From: Patescibacteria group bacterium
Lineage (GTDB): Bacteria > Patescibacteriota > Patescibacteriia > UBA10025 > JAHIVO01
Assembly: GCA_041650915.1 (NCBI GenBank)
Contig: JBAZKE010000003.1
Coordinates: 21,226 to 85,225 of the forward strand
Reading direction: 5' to 3'
Length of the DNA stretch: 64,000 nucleotides
Shown: one piece after another, positions 48,801 through 57,675 of the stretch
Position numbering within the stretch: the first letter of the stretch is position 1
How the letters are laid out: each line of letters begins with the position of its first letter
Notes under the pieces: model-generated
Seen by the model: only the letters and a program-made list of their open reading frames with translations
Told to the model about the DNA's origin: nothing
Databases searched by the model: none
Made by a program: the position numbers and the translations under genes

Positions 48801-51800
48801 CGACGTGGATAATTCGGCCTACGATGAAGATGCCGAACCGCAGCACTGGGCGACGTACAGCGAATGGAATGGTGTGGATGGCGTGCTGATTGACCTCGTT
48901 ACCGCAGGCAAGTACGACTTCATGTTCAAGGCGCGGAACGGCGATAACGGCAACTGTTCAGAGGGGATCAACGAGTGTACGTTAACTGACTTTGGCCCGC
49001 CAGCGACGCTCTTTCTCGTGCGGAATAACGTTGTCGGCTGGGCATGGTCCTCTACCGCCGGCTGGCTGTCCCTCAACTGCCTCAACTTTTACTCTGAGCC
49101 GAGCCACGGGTACAGCTGCAACCGTGCGGCTGACTGGGGGCTCAACACTGCGTTTGCAGCGTCACGCACGATAAATCCGCTCGAGGGGTATGCCTGGTCT
49201 TCTTCAGGGCAGAACCTCGAGAGCGTGTGGTCTGATGCGGTTAACCTGAGCCAGTCGGGTACCGGCACCACACCCGGCACGATCACGCTTGACGGGAACG
49301 GCAATCCGCACGTCGCGTGGTGGGATATCGACGGGTACTATTGCAATAACGATAGAATAACCGCCTGCACATCGGACGCCCAGTGTCCGGGGTCGTTCTG
49401 CCAGTCGCACGATGTCATCAGCTACCTCAGGTGGGATTCGGGATCGAAGCAGTGGGTTGACTACGACTACGCCATTGACAGCAATCCGCGCAACCACACC
49501 GCCGTGCCGGCGCAGATGCTCGTGGACCAGGGAGCCCGCTGCTTGCTCCAGGAGAGCGCTATCAGCCTGCAGATTGATTCTCAAGGCCAGCCGCACCTGC
49601 TCTGGAAATACGTGCACTGTTCAAACAGCACCCAGCCGGTACTGTACCAGTACTGGGATAGCGGTTCGGGCGCGTGGAAGTACTACGGGGCTAACGGAGT
49701 CGTGCCGGTGTGGTACGGCCCGGCCATGGTGCTCGATGCTGAGGACCGGCCGCACGTTGTTTCGAAGTATGAGGCAGGCGGCGGCAACCCGAATGGAATA
49801 CAGTACCGGTACGGCGATCCGGCGACCGAGCAGTGGTATACCGTTACCGGCGACCTCGGAACCGACCATCTGCGGCTCGACGATTCGACGCGGAGTATCG
49901 GTGATTACGCAACACCGACTATTGCGATAGATTCAGGCGGCAATCCGCACGTTGCGTGGGGAGCTGGCGGGAACGGCGATGCGCTGTACCGCAAGTGGGA
50001 TGGCGAACATTGGGTTACTGCCTCTGGTGCATACGGGAATGGGGATGCTGACGAGGATTTCAATGTTACGCAGGTAAATCCAGCGACGGAAGAAGTGAAG
50101 CGCCCCGTACTCAAACTCGACTCCAATGATATCCCCTACATAGCGTTTAACGGATTGCGCGATGGCGTTGGCATGCGCCGCGCGTACCTCAAGACGTGGA
50201 TACCGGAAAAAGGCGAGTGGGGAACCATGGCCGGCGATACGTCGCCTGAGCTTGTTGGCGAAGCCGTGATGGTGTCGCCTGCCGGGGCGGTGTACTACGA
50301 TGGGATGGCGCTCGATATTGGCGCGGGCGACGTGCCGTACGTCGGATGGGCAGCCGGTGACGGCGAAGCGCACGCCCGCCGGTGGAGCATTGACCAGCGC
50401 GCATGGGTTACCGTATCTGGCGACGCCGGAACAGAAAATGAAAACTACTCCCAAAGTGCCGAGTTCTCCCGCTATCCGCTCATTGCGGTATCTGGCGAGG
50501 GCGTCGTGCATACGATCTGGCGTGATGAGGCGTCGACCGGCGCCAATGAGTGCAGCTGGAACCATGACAGCGCGTGCATTGCGCAGCCTGACTATCCGTA
50601 TTGCATGAATGAATGGCCTACCAATGACTGTACCGGATCAGATATCTACTACCGCGCGTGGGGCGATATCGCTGATAATATCGGGCTCGGATGGGTCAGC
50701 TTCTACCGGGGAACCTGCACTGACAACGCACAGCGCGCCTGCATTGTTGATGCAGACTGCGATGAGGGCACGTGCGAGCCGAGTGCGGTCAAAGAGCTCG
50801 GTGATCCGCTGCCAGACGGCAGCATGGGGTATGGATTCTGCTATACGGCATCCGATGGGGTCCGGTACGGCACGTGTGCGATCGATACGGTAACGCCGTG
50901 CGAGGTGGACAGCGATTGCCCGACAGAGGATGACTCATGCGTGCACTATACGTGCAGCGAGGATTCGACCTGCCGGAATGACACGCCGGCGAGCCCGCCA
51001 ACAAGCCAGGAGCTGTGCCGTCCGGTGGCGACCGCATACCTCAATGGGTCAACCATGGCGGTCGAAGGCTGGGCGCGGGTACTGGCGCTGAAGGAGGAGG
51101 GAGAATCCCAGGGCTTTGATGACTGGGGATGGGTTAAGCTCAATGGAACGTACAACGACGGCGCTGGAAATGCCGGCCCGTACAGCTTGACGGCTACTGA
51201 GGTTGATTCGCAGCAGTTCCTCGGGGATCCTGATGTCAATCCGAACGACGTTTCGCTGTACAGCCTGTTCGGCTGGAGCTGGAGCGCCGAAACATCGAGC
51301 TATACTCCGGCAGATTCTCGCTGGCTCGAACGGGAAAATGTTTCCGGGGACGGTCTGTCGCACTACTACTATAAAGATCGCGATTCATCGATGGTACTCG
51401 ACCGTGACGGCAATCCGCACGTCGCGTGGTCTTCTTACAATGCGGATGAGCAGCGGTACAGCATTTACTATGTCCGGCAGCAGAGCGGCCATTGGGTCAC
51501 GGCCACTGGCGAGGAGTACGTGCCCGGCACGACCAATCCGGCATCATCCAAGCTCGACGTGGGCATTGCCGCAGGGCTGCTGCCGCCATCAGATACGGAC
51601 GACCTCAGATCACCGTCGCTCGCCATCGATGTTTCCGGCCGGCCGCACGTCGCACTCCAGAAAGCAGGCTCAGCCACCGAGGACGGCACGGTCTACTACA
51701 CGTATTGGAACGGGACGGATTGGGCAGCGGGATCGTGCATTGACGGCCGCGCCTGCCCGAATGCGTATGACGGCATCGGTGCGCTTGGCGCACAGCAGCC

Positions 51801-54800
51801 GACCCTGCAGCTCGATGCAGCCACTGTCCCCCACGTTGTATACCGGCGCGGAGAGTATGCCGGATATGGCATTTACTACGTGCGTTTGAATGGCGGCCTG
51901 TGGGAGCCGATCAATGGTAATCCGGCGAACCTGAACGTAGCGGCAAGTTCGACAGGAGAATGCTCGGGCAATCCAAGCCTGCCATGCCTCACCGACGCAG
52001 AGTGTGCGGGATCGGGGGGGATATGCTGGCACCGTGCGTATGATCCCGAGTTCCGGCTCCAGGATGGCGTGCCGCATGTCCTGTGGATTCAAAAGATTTT
52101 CGGGGGGACAAACCAGGTCTACTACCGCTGGTGGGATGAGGTCAATGGCGTCTGGTCTGATGCTGACGGCGGGGCAGATATGTTCAATACCGTTTCGGTG
52201 ACGCAAGGCCTCGCCGGCATTGGCAATATCCCGAATCCCGCGGTTCCCGAAGTGCCGTCGCTCGCGCTGTTTTCTGACGGCAGGCCTGCAGTCGCGTGGC
52301 GCGATCCGGATTACATTATATTCCGCCAGTGGGATGGCGCCCAGTGGGCCGATATCAATCCGGGTGACGGATCCACAACGGATGACCTCCAGCTCAACTC
52401 GTCCCTGGGGCACGCTTACGCAGGCGGCGAACCGTACGTTATGGTCGATGCGGATGACCACCCGCACGTGCTGTGGGGAGATGACTATAGCGTTACACAG
52501 AATCCCCATATTTTCTACCGGCGGTGGGATCCTGCGGAAGGCCCGGCAGGGAGCTGGGTAACGGTCGACGGGAACGCGGCAGATGCCGCCGACACCCCTC
52601 ACTATAGGGTTTCGCCGATCGGGAGCGATTACTCCATCAGCCCGATCTCAATGCTCGATGCGATCGGCAATGCGCACGTGCTCTGGACTGAGGTAACGCG
52701 AGGTGCCGAGGGCTGCGGCTTTGGTTACGACGGCGTACTGACCTCACAAGACGGAGACAGCGATTTTGAAGACGTGGTGCTTGATTCTACCGGGACGTAC
52801 CTCTATGCTGCCGGCACGGACGCAGATGAGTTCCTGGTGGAGAAGCGCAGGGCTGATACGGGGCTCCCGTGTTCAGCTACAAACTGCGGCACCGAGTTCG
52901 GCACCAATGGTGCCATACTGTCGGCAGGCATGCCAGGAGGCGATGGCGTTGCGTACGCTGTCGGGCTCGATGAGCGCGAGGGCAGCCTGTACGTTGCTGG
53001 CCGTGCGGTAGGCGGTGGCGGTTTCCAGTGGATTATCTACAAATTCGATGCGGGTACCGGGGCGCTCTGCACGGGCGGTGTGTGCGGCGCGGCAGAGAAT
53101 TTCGGTGCAGCCGGGTATATACAAATAGCGAGTACGTACGCGTACTATGGCATGGACATGAAAATAAACGACGGATTCATGTACCTTTTTGGATCAAAGA
53201 ATATCTCACCGGATGTTAATGATTGGGTTGTCGAACGGCGGCATCTGACGAATGGGAGCTTGGTCGCAGATTCGTATGTCGGCGGATGGCAGGGCGGCCG
53301 GATCGAAATCCCCGCTGGTTATCTTGGCGCGGCTATTGTTATCGACGGACGTGATATGTACATCGCAGGCTCTGATGATGACGATGACGGCGTCGGCGGA
53401 TCCGACACATACGATTGGCGGATTGAAAAACGCTCTGCGTTCTCCGGGCAGCTCGCCAGCGCATTTGGCGCGGGCGGCGTATGGACCGGGCCTGGTGCCG
53501 GAGATGCGGTCAATAGTTATAAAATCAATGATTTGGAAATAGCCGGAGATGCGCTCTATGCTGGCGGGTTTGTGGATGTCGAGGATTGGCTTACCGCCAA
53601 ATTCGATAAAAATACCGGTGCGCTCGATACTGCTTTTGGCGGTGACGGATTTGTGCAAGGCCCAGAAGTAACGAAAAAGGTTTACGGCATTACGGCTGGC
53701 GGTGACGGCCTGTACGTCGTCGGCTGGTCAAACGACAATTGGAGGTATGAGAAGTTGGATTTGAATACGGGCGCAAACATTGCAACGGGAGACTACGCGG
53801 GCGGATGGCAGGGAGGCGTTATCGAGGAAACGTGGGGAGATGCGGCGAGCGTCGCCCGAGAGATCGTGCTCGATGATCGGTATATGTATGCAGTGGGGTC
53901 CAGTGATGAGCGCGGAAGCGTTGCTGATTGGCGCATTGAGAAGCGCTACCGCGATACCGGCCAGCTTATCACGGAGCGGAATGAGAACTGCGCTGATCCA
54001 TTGCTCCCGACCTGTTTAGAAACGGGCTGGGCAAATCCTCCCGACTGGAACATCACGTACCCAGACGGCACGTCCGTCAGCAGGTGTTCGGCCGTCACTA
54101 TGAGCTACGCGCAATGGGCGCCGGGCGCGGTGCATGCCGGGCTCGGGTGGATCGAATTCATGCCGGCTGGCGCGCTGCTCGGCATTCCGTGGGTGCAGAC
54201 GATGTTCAGCGATATCTATGCATCCGAAGCGATCGCGCTCTCACCGCCGCCGCGCGGCACGGGCGGATATACGAGCACGTTCCTCATCCTCGCGGGCGAG
54301 GAGGGCGATACGATTACCGGCATACCCGGCTACTATTCCGGAGCGCAGACCGGCGCGCCGACGAGCAGCTACTACGAGCCCGGCTTCGATCCGCTCATCA
54401 CAGGCGCGGGCAATCCGCTCGGCGAAGACGTTCTCGACCGGCTCAATATCAGCGGTCTTGTTGCGGAGACTGCCACGGGGAGCGGTTACAACCAGTATGG
54501 GCATCCGCTGCGGATTGATTCGAGCGAAGGCACGGTCGACATCAGCCAGAGCGCTTCGTTCGGCGGCGACCCGTCGGATATCACGCTCGACGGCACGGTA
54601 TACTATTTCAGTTCAGCCAACCCGACAACGCGGTACGTGATCGGACGCGAGATGACCTTCAAGGCCGGATCCGAACCGGCAGGTACCGCAGGAGACGGGC
54701 TCATCGTGATCGACGGCGACCTGGAGATCAACCGTGATATTCTGTATGAGGAGCGCGACCTCGCCGATATCAGCGAGATGCCGTCGGTAGCGATTGTCGT

Positions 54801-57660
54801 ACGGGGCAACGTGTACATCAGCCCGTTCGTGAGCGAGCTCGCGGGTGCGTACGTGGCGGTTGACGATCCGCAGACCGCAGAAGCCAGCGAAGGCATTATC
54901 CATACAGGCCGGCAGCAGCCCTTCGTGGCCGCGATCGCCGCTTCGGCGGATGATACTTCTATCGCAAACGATGCCTATGCGAATGATACAGGCGCTATCC
55001 AGCAGGCTTTCGGGCAGAGCGAGGCGGGCGTGGACAGCCGCAGCTTTATACGGTGGCAGCTCGACATCCCCGCCGGCGCGGAAATTCGCGATGCATACCT
55101 CAGATTGCACGCCGACGATTCAGCCAGTGCTACCCTCGATCCGTTCAGCGCCAAGATACGGCTCATCGATTCGGCCGATGCGTCGGGCATCGATTTCACA
55201 GCAAATCCGAATGCGGGGCTCTACGGCATCGCGACGGGTAACAGCGTCAGTTACCCGATCAGCAGCGCCACGTGGCAGTACGGTGCGGTCAACGAGACCC
55301 CGGACATTTCTGCGCTCATACAGCGGTTCATCGACGATTCCGCGTACGTTCCGGGCGCGAGCATGGTCGGCATTGCGATTGACGAGGGTGATGCAGGCAC
55401 CGGAGACATCGTGAGTTTTTATTCGTACGATTACTACCAGGCGAATCCCGTATCAGAGCCCGATTATGTTCCTGAGCTCGTAATCGAGTACTCGCCCCAG
55501 CGGACGGTGTATACGATTGATAATGAGAGCTTGGGCGGTTTCGGCTCCGGTGGCGTTGCCGACACGGATTATGAAATGTACAATTATAAGCTCGCCGTGG
55601 ATGAGCCGAATAACGCGCTTTATGCCGCCGGGGTATTTCGGTGGCTTCAGCCGCCTTCTGCGTGGCACTACGATTGGCGTATCGAGAAGCGCACCCTTGA
55701 TACGGGCGAGCTCGACACTACCTTTGGCATGGGCCAGTGCATAGCAGATCCGACATACTATTGCCACGTTAATGCTGACTGTCCGCACAATGATTGCAAT
55801 GCAGCCCCGACCGGCATTATCAATCTGGGAGGAATCGCTGGCTATGCGTACGATGTTCACGTTGATGATAATTTTATCTACGTCGCTGGGAGTAGGGGAG
55901 GGTCTCGTATAACAAAGTACGATAAAGCAACCGGCGCTCTCTGCACCGCCGGCGCGTGCGGTGCGGGCGAAGACTTCGGCACGGGGGGATACCAGTCTGT
56001 TACTATATCGTTCAGCGGGGGAGCAAACATATTGGGCGTCGATAGTAATTTTATATATGTTAACGGCTACTATACGTCAGGAGGGACGCGCATGCGTACC
56101 GCAAAGATCAGCAGAGCAACCGGTGCCCTGTGCACTGGCGGCGCGTGCGGCGCGGGCGAAGACTTCGGCACGGGGGGATACCGTGACTCATCGCTCACCA
56201 CAACGTACGGGTACGGTATTGCGGTAGATGGAGAATTTATCTATACCATAGGGCGCCGCTACATTTCGACTCCGACCACGAATTGGATGCATCTCGAGAA
56301 GTACGAAAAGCATACCGGCGCCTTGTGCACCGCCGGCGCGTGCGGCGCGGGCGAAGACTTCGGCGCGGGCGGCATGCAGGATTTCCCTTCGGCAAATGCG
56401 CAAGCCTACGGCCGTGCCATTACCGTGTCCGGCGATGTGCTCTTTGCAGCTGGGTACACCACGGGGTTTGATTTCCTGACCGCAAAGTACAATAAGCATA
56501 CCGGCGAGCTGTGTTCCATACTCGGAGGCTGTGGCGTTCACCAGGATTTTAACTTTCAGGGATATGTCATATCCACAAACGGAAGGCTGGTGTATGACGT
56601 TGCCGCTGACGCTGAGTATGTGTACGTTGCGGGCTTATCAGATATGGGTGCGAGCCAGTATAACATGTACGTCGAACGGTATACCCACAGCGGGCAGCCG
56701 GAGCCGTTTACCGGCCATGCCACGAACGCAATCGTCGAAACGAACGGGCGGCAAGCCTATGCGGTTAAGCTCGACAGCAGTGCGATGTACATCGGCGGAT
56801 TTTCCTATGTTGGTTCGGTTAACCGCTGGATGATTGAGAAGCGGGATCGGTTGACTGGGGATCTCGTTGGCAGTGGAGCGAATGAAGCCGCATCCTGGGG
56901 CAGCACCGATCCGCAGGACTGCGATACGAACGCAGAATGCGACTACGACCCGGTCTGCATGAATTTTGGTAGGTACAAGGGCAATCCGAACAGAGTATTC
57001 CTCAGGTTTGCGCCTCCTCCAGCGGATGACCCCGATTATACGCAGCTGCCTGCCAGTGCAGAAATTATCAATGCACAGCTCAAGGTTACGGGGCGGAATG
57101 AGAGTCCGGCGTGCTTTGACGCCACGGATACGGGCGCTGACGCCTTGCAAGGCAGGATTGGGCTTTTGAGCGGGGTCGATATCGCATCATTCGGCTGCAA
57201 CCCGAATGTGCCGTCATGCGTATCAATGAGCCAGGAGGTATCCGAAGTGACGTGGGATATCGCTGCAGGCGCGTGGGCTGACGGCACGGAATACCTGCTT
57301 CCGGCTGATATCGCGAGCCTGGTGGATGCGTGGGTTGATCTCGGCAGCCATCAGCCTGAGCACCACATCGGGCTGCGGGTGCGCCGCGGTACGAACGAAA
57401 CCGACGCGGATGACGGCGCCTCGCGCGCGCTCTACCAGGAGGCGGCGTTGCCCGGAGCATCCGAGCTCGTCGTCGACTACCAGATGCCGCTGCTCGTCAA
57501 CGGGCTATTCGTAGCGGAAGGCTATAGCTTCGACCGGAAGTACACGAAGAACCTTGCTGCGTCAGAACAGATACTGTATGATGGGAGAGTCGTAGCCAAT
57601 ACGCCACCCGGACTTTCTGATTTTACCGAGGCGCTGCCGATTTACGACAGGGTGCCGTAA
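42805..57660 (+). CDS. Giant (4951 aa) membrane-anchored modular surface protein, putative pilus-associated adhesin
   Basis: Uninterrupted ORF; N-terminal TM, FN3-like domains, W.IEKR...TG propellers, PHVAW propellers, GWAWS..GW motifs, DNRLRE-like sandwiches, Cys knuckles; ends EQILYDGRVVANTPPGL 15 bp before pilM. Confidence 0.85.
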   Translation: MPKATKNLLFILTIATAAAVLGGGLLWLGYALVREPAGSVPVAVAEDPETLMDEQAEQGAINYTHADNGDGTSTMTFSLFDTQYLADDGAYAPISTEVLESAGDYAFENTENIFKTHFRGSAAVDSAVEFAIGERSVGISFVGASESAPVAAGNTVTYPGVYGGMDARYTLLPEQLLEELIVTEQVEVSRISQKLILSNVYYKEQPDGSLTFHDADTRRIVWYTPAPVMYEIPTEENSEAGSSSALHYEVEEVEGGFIVHKVIDAEGIEWLKAASYPLVIDGTFTRDTWPTSSGSMYGEIAWEDPLWTVDPGGRSFWTEGYNWEQMAYVTFLQDGTIERRAYLVFDTKRLPDSIWPIQATLQVRNLQNNFYGETWRDDEYYMGAFACQYGWYVLGSDDWEGCKRLTSDITNEDDDSVELVDNWPSHAWHTFNLNPESIGADVWTNVVLDTYRVGNLDDNNYERSMVVGVGPNAGPTSGPDMWAYAPILTVTYKGPPPPPNHFEITGNTQTSVALEWQDESTTEDGWIIQYGPTAAGPWTDLCHPHTGSGSIPSTGVCVDFSSDWDCDIEVTKAGSGDDTPADPDDYMCRLTHTPLSPNTHYYYRIVTYEPAPFGENGAVFSSVNRRSVTTSHLNASGELYIGGSRLANGETHGALERRRSINGRLDRTFANLQGDVACCDTAGCAGYVDSGQGWILFNWDTFWSFNTILDIPSGAGSIQPDLYALGGAHWDYDKLMRFDTMNDHEGEWEWKNSVNWGAYQSKMFPILEENTLIVTGARENYNASYPTLGCGRTGYCWKVKAQLMLKSCSATLGYRYDWDYSATGLNGDGYYNGEMWVPAGQNLYDSVSDADYMYLAGTPYGLADGYLRKHDKYTGYLCNGTDANHCGIGNGWGDADSGTITIPESSGIRYLAIDSTSLYLLGSRDDGISWQIEKRSLATGDRVTAFSGDGVFVSIMGSPSPSDIIVDNNYLYVIGRERPSSIYQWRIEKYDKNTGDRCDGGSGHCGNVEFGSSGIISFSSDVAGDAYTPVSIEQDDNHLYISGVANSSYTAWRIEKRVKDTGALGNKMDILHGASQFGIHDDWSYPEDAWTLAEAVAAPPVFVDPQPDNSEVHVLYENGGSAGPGRFPDDPLDGDPGTTQYCLGLYIEDWPADPGFETPPTPDTFLSIWKDLAAYGYFPQTLIAGTGGFMWWGPVCYTAAEWHGLPFSSVYPRLETPIRAPLNMLADSTEIAPLPPDQEMTGAFFAKNGDGEVADPLPSGWATTRTRARNPLQPLATALDAHTVQITMRNNSAGSVSRNPAWTDYALQNADTGQYLDPATGLFVDDLPINEDDIWCDLSSQEPDSTCNWGYPSPDSVGTVTFNNAQPALCYELRAKSRNKDKVEGEFWGRCNEYMTDGGGYTCWTDKACVPWNCNIENHTTFNNSQPALCASEGGVWEENWDSDSCVDQSDPDYEDWYNLIWSTSVNVCVPSAPADGVNVECGYDETDGYYCDLGIIDSENPANYCEGHPECTDQASCENVAGCNSTWHVSVVYGIQYCLDNVPLSDCFSVPGHGWNDAVLETDQKVHRFASETLQTWLACSQENNVQAYRVRTRGQNGVWSAYTAPIEVDIGSGWDTLPPCPVTWATPLHSENAADGFGYKITWQWLQPDNWDADCLDKDCMYYNLYDDAMRCVVGGSDAVPDADELCPLTPRPSIADWIDPSFSQYMYCDNLLCTRLLKQNTEYAARVQAVRVDRYNETQRIRGGEPTWYMKPFEEYATVYTSIDAPAGITFNNDGLSAETLLMRWTGLLAGVSQADYRGESGVKYYQTLEGAPDNIGDPAFMGFVKDGDPAVWLDIWDSGLMPNRKYCYQAEACNGDCDILGDPTDVSARSPVACQYTLADQPAQPVLRRNEGETEITLSIRTNADDRNSHGEFIDPYQNPDTDYALCVTSYDDIGNKVWSHYADPNWDAGDTTTAFIDKSFCSDPACDNEADCLGSGPGQCSELVLQTWTERPTCDVDNSAYDEDAEPQHWATYSEWNGVDGVLIDLVTAGKYDFMFKARNGDNGNCSEGINECTLTDFGPPATLFLVRNNVVGWAWSSTAGWLSLNCLNFYSEPSHGYSCNRAADWGLNTAFAASRTINPLEGYAWSSSGQNLESVWSDAVNLSQSGTGTTPGTITLDGNGNPHVAWWDIDGYYCNNDRITACTSDAQCPGSFCQSHDVISYLRWDSGSKQWVDYDYAIDSNPRNHTAVPAQMLVDQGARCLLQESAISLQIDSQGQPHLLWKYVHCSNSTQPVLYQYWDSGSGAWKYYGANGVVPVWYGPAMVLDAEDRPHVVSKYEAGGGNPNGIQYRYGDPATEQWYTVTGDLGTDHLRLDDSTRSIGDYATPTIAIDSGGNPHVAWGAGGNGDALYRKWDGEHWVTASGAYGNGDADEDFNVTQVNPATEEVKRPVLKLDSNDIPYIAFNGLRDGVGMRRAYLKTWIPEKGEWGTMAGDTSPELVGEAVMVSPAGAVYYDGMALDIGAGDVPYVGWAAGDGEAHARRWSIDQRAWVTVSGDAGTENENYSQSAEFSRYPLIAVSGEGVVHTIWRDEASTGANECSWNHDSACIAQPDYPYCMNEWPTNDCTGSDIYYRAWGDIADNIGLGWVSFYRGTCTDNAQRACIVDADCDEGTCEPSAVKELGDPLPDGSMGYGFCYTASDGVRYGTCAIDTVTPCEVDSDCPTEDDSCVHYTCSEDSTCRNDTPASPPTSQELCRPVATAYLNGSTMAVEGWARVLALKEEGESQGFDDWGWVKLNGTYNDGAGNAGPYSLTATEVDSQQFLGDPDVNPNDVSLYSLFGWSWSAETSSYTPADSRWLERENVSGDGLSHYYYKDRDSSMVLDRDGNPHVAWSSYNADEQRYSIYYVRQQSGHWVTATGEEYVPGTTNPASSKLDVGIAAGLLPPSDTDDLRSPSLAIDVSGRPHVALQKAGSATEDGTVYYTYWNGTDWAAGSCIDGRACPNAYDGIGALGAQQPTLQLDAATVPHVVYRRGEYAGYGIYYVRLNGGLWEPINGNPANLNVAASSTGECSGNPSLPCLTDAECAGSGGICWHRAYDPEFRLQDGVPHVLWIQKIFGGTNQVYYRWWDEVNGVWSDADGGADMFNTVSVTQGLAGIGNIPNPAVPEVPSLALFSDGRPAVAWRDPDYIIFRQWDGAQWADINPGDGSTTDDLQLNSSLGHAYAGGEPYVMVDADDHPHVLWGDDYSVTQNPHIFYRRWDPAEGPAGSWVTVDGNAADAADTPHYRVSPIGSDYSISPISMLDAIGNAHVLWTEVTRGAEGCGFGYDGVLTSQDGDSDFEDVVLDSTGTYLYAAGTDADEFLVEKRRADTGLPCSATNCGTEFGTNGAILSAGMPGGDGVAYAVGLDEREGSLYVAGRAVGGGGFQWIIYKFDAGTGALCTGGVCGAAENFGAAGYIQIASTYAYYGMDMKINDGFMYLFGSKNISPDVNDWVVERRHLTNGSLVADSYVGGWQGGRIEIPAGYLGAAIVIDGRDMYIAGSDDDDDGVGGSDTYDWRIEKRSAFSGQLASAFGAGGVWTGPGAGDAVNSYKINDLEIAGDALYAGGFVDVEDWLTAKFDKNTGALDTAFGGDGFVQGPEVTKKVYGITAGGDGLYVVGWSNDNWRYEKLDLNTGANIATGDYAGGWQGGVIEETWGDAASVAREIVLDDRYMYAVGSSDERGSVADWRIEKRYRDTGQLITERNENCADPLLPTCLETGWANPPDWNITYPDGTSVSRCSAVTMSYAQWAPGAVHAGLGWIEFMPAGALLGIPWVQTMFSDIYASEAIALSPPPRGTGGYTSTFLILAGEEGDTITGIPGYYSGAQTGAPTSSYYEPGFDPLITGAGNPLGEDVLDRLNISGLVAETATGSGYNQYGHPLRIDSSEGTVDISQSASFGGDPSDITLDGTVYYFSSANPTTRYVIGREMTFKAGSEPAGTAGDGLIVIDGDLEINRDILYEERDLADISEMPSVAIVVRGNVYISPFVSELAGAYVAVDDPQTAEASEGIIHTGRQQPFVAAIAASADDTSIANDAYANDTGAIQQAFGQSEAGVDSRSFIRWQLDIPAGAEIRDAYLRLHADDSASATLDPFSAKIRLIDSADASGIDFTANPNAGLYGIATGNSVSYPISSATWQYGAVNETPDISALIQRFIDDSAYVPGASMVGIAIDEGDAGTGDIVSFYSYDYYQANPVSEPDYVPELVIEYSPQRTVYTIDNESLGGFGSGGVADTDYEMYNYKLAVDEPNNALYAAGVFRWLQPPSAWHYDWRIEKRTLDTGELDTTFGMGQCIADPTYYCHVNADCPHNDCNAAPTGIINLGGIAGYAYDVHVDDNFIYVAGSRGGSRITKYDKATGALCTAGACGAGEDFGTGGYQSVTISFSGGANILGVDSNFIYVNGYYTSGGTRMRTAKISRATGALCTGGACGAGEDFGTGGYRDSSLTTTYGYGIAVDGEFIYTIGRRYISTPTTNWMHLEKYEKHTGALCTAGACGAGEDFGAGGMQDFPSANAQAYGRAITVSGDVLFAAGYTTGFDFLTAKYNKHTGELCSILGGCGVHQDFNFQGYVISTNGRLVYDVAADAEYVYVAGLSDMGASQYNMYVERYTHSGQPEPFTGHATNAIVETNGRQAYAVKLDSSAMYIGGFSYVGSVNRWMIEKRDRLTGDLVGSGANEAASWGSTDPQDCDTNAECDYDPVCMNFGRYKGNPNRVFLRFAPPPADDPDYTQLPASAEIINAQLKVTGRNESPACFDATDTGADALQGRIGLLSGVDIASFGCNPNVPSCVSMSQEVSEVTWDIAAGAWADGTEYLLPADIASLVDAWVDLGSHQPEHHIGLRVRRGTNETDADDGASRALYQEAALPGASELVVDYQMPLLVNGLFVAEGYSFDRKYTKNLAASEQILYDGRVVANTPPGLSDFTEALPIYDRVP
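55927..56373 (+). repeat. Three near-identical ~65-bp intragenic repeats (TGALCT.GACGAGEDFG.GG)
   Basis: GGCGCGTGCGG(C/T)GCGGGCGAAGACTTCGGC recurs in units starting at about 55927, 56116 and 56314. Confidence 0.85.
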
Positions 57661-57675
57661 CGAAGCATAAAAAAC

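Noticed and set aside
33191-57660. Diversity-generating retroelement or Rhs/contact-dependent toxin
   Set aside because: No reverse transcriptase, no adenine-specific TR/VR pair noticed, no YD-repeat core or PxxxxDPxG motif, and no immunity-like small genes.
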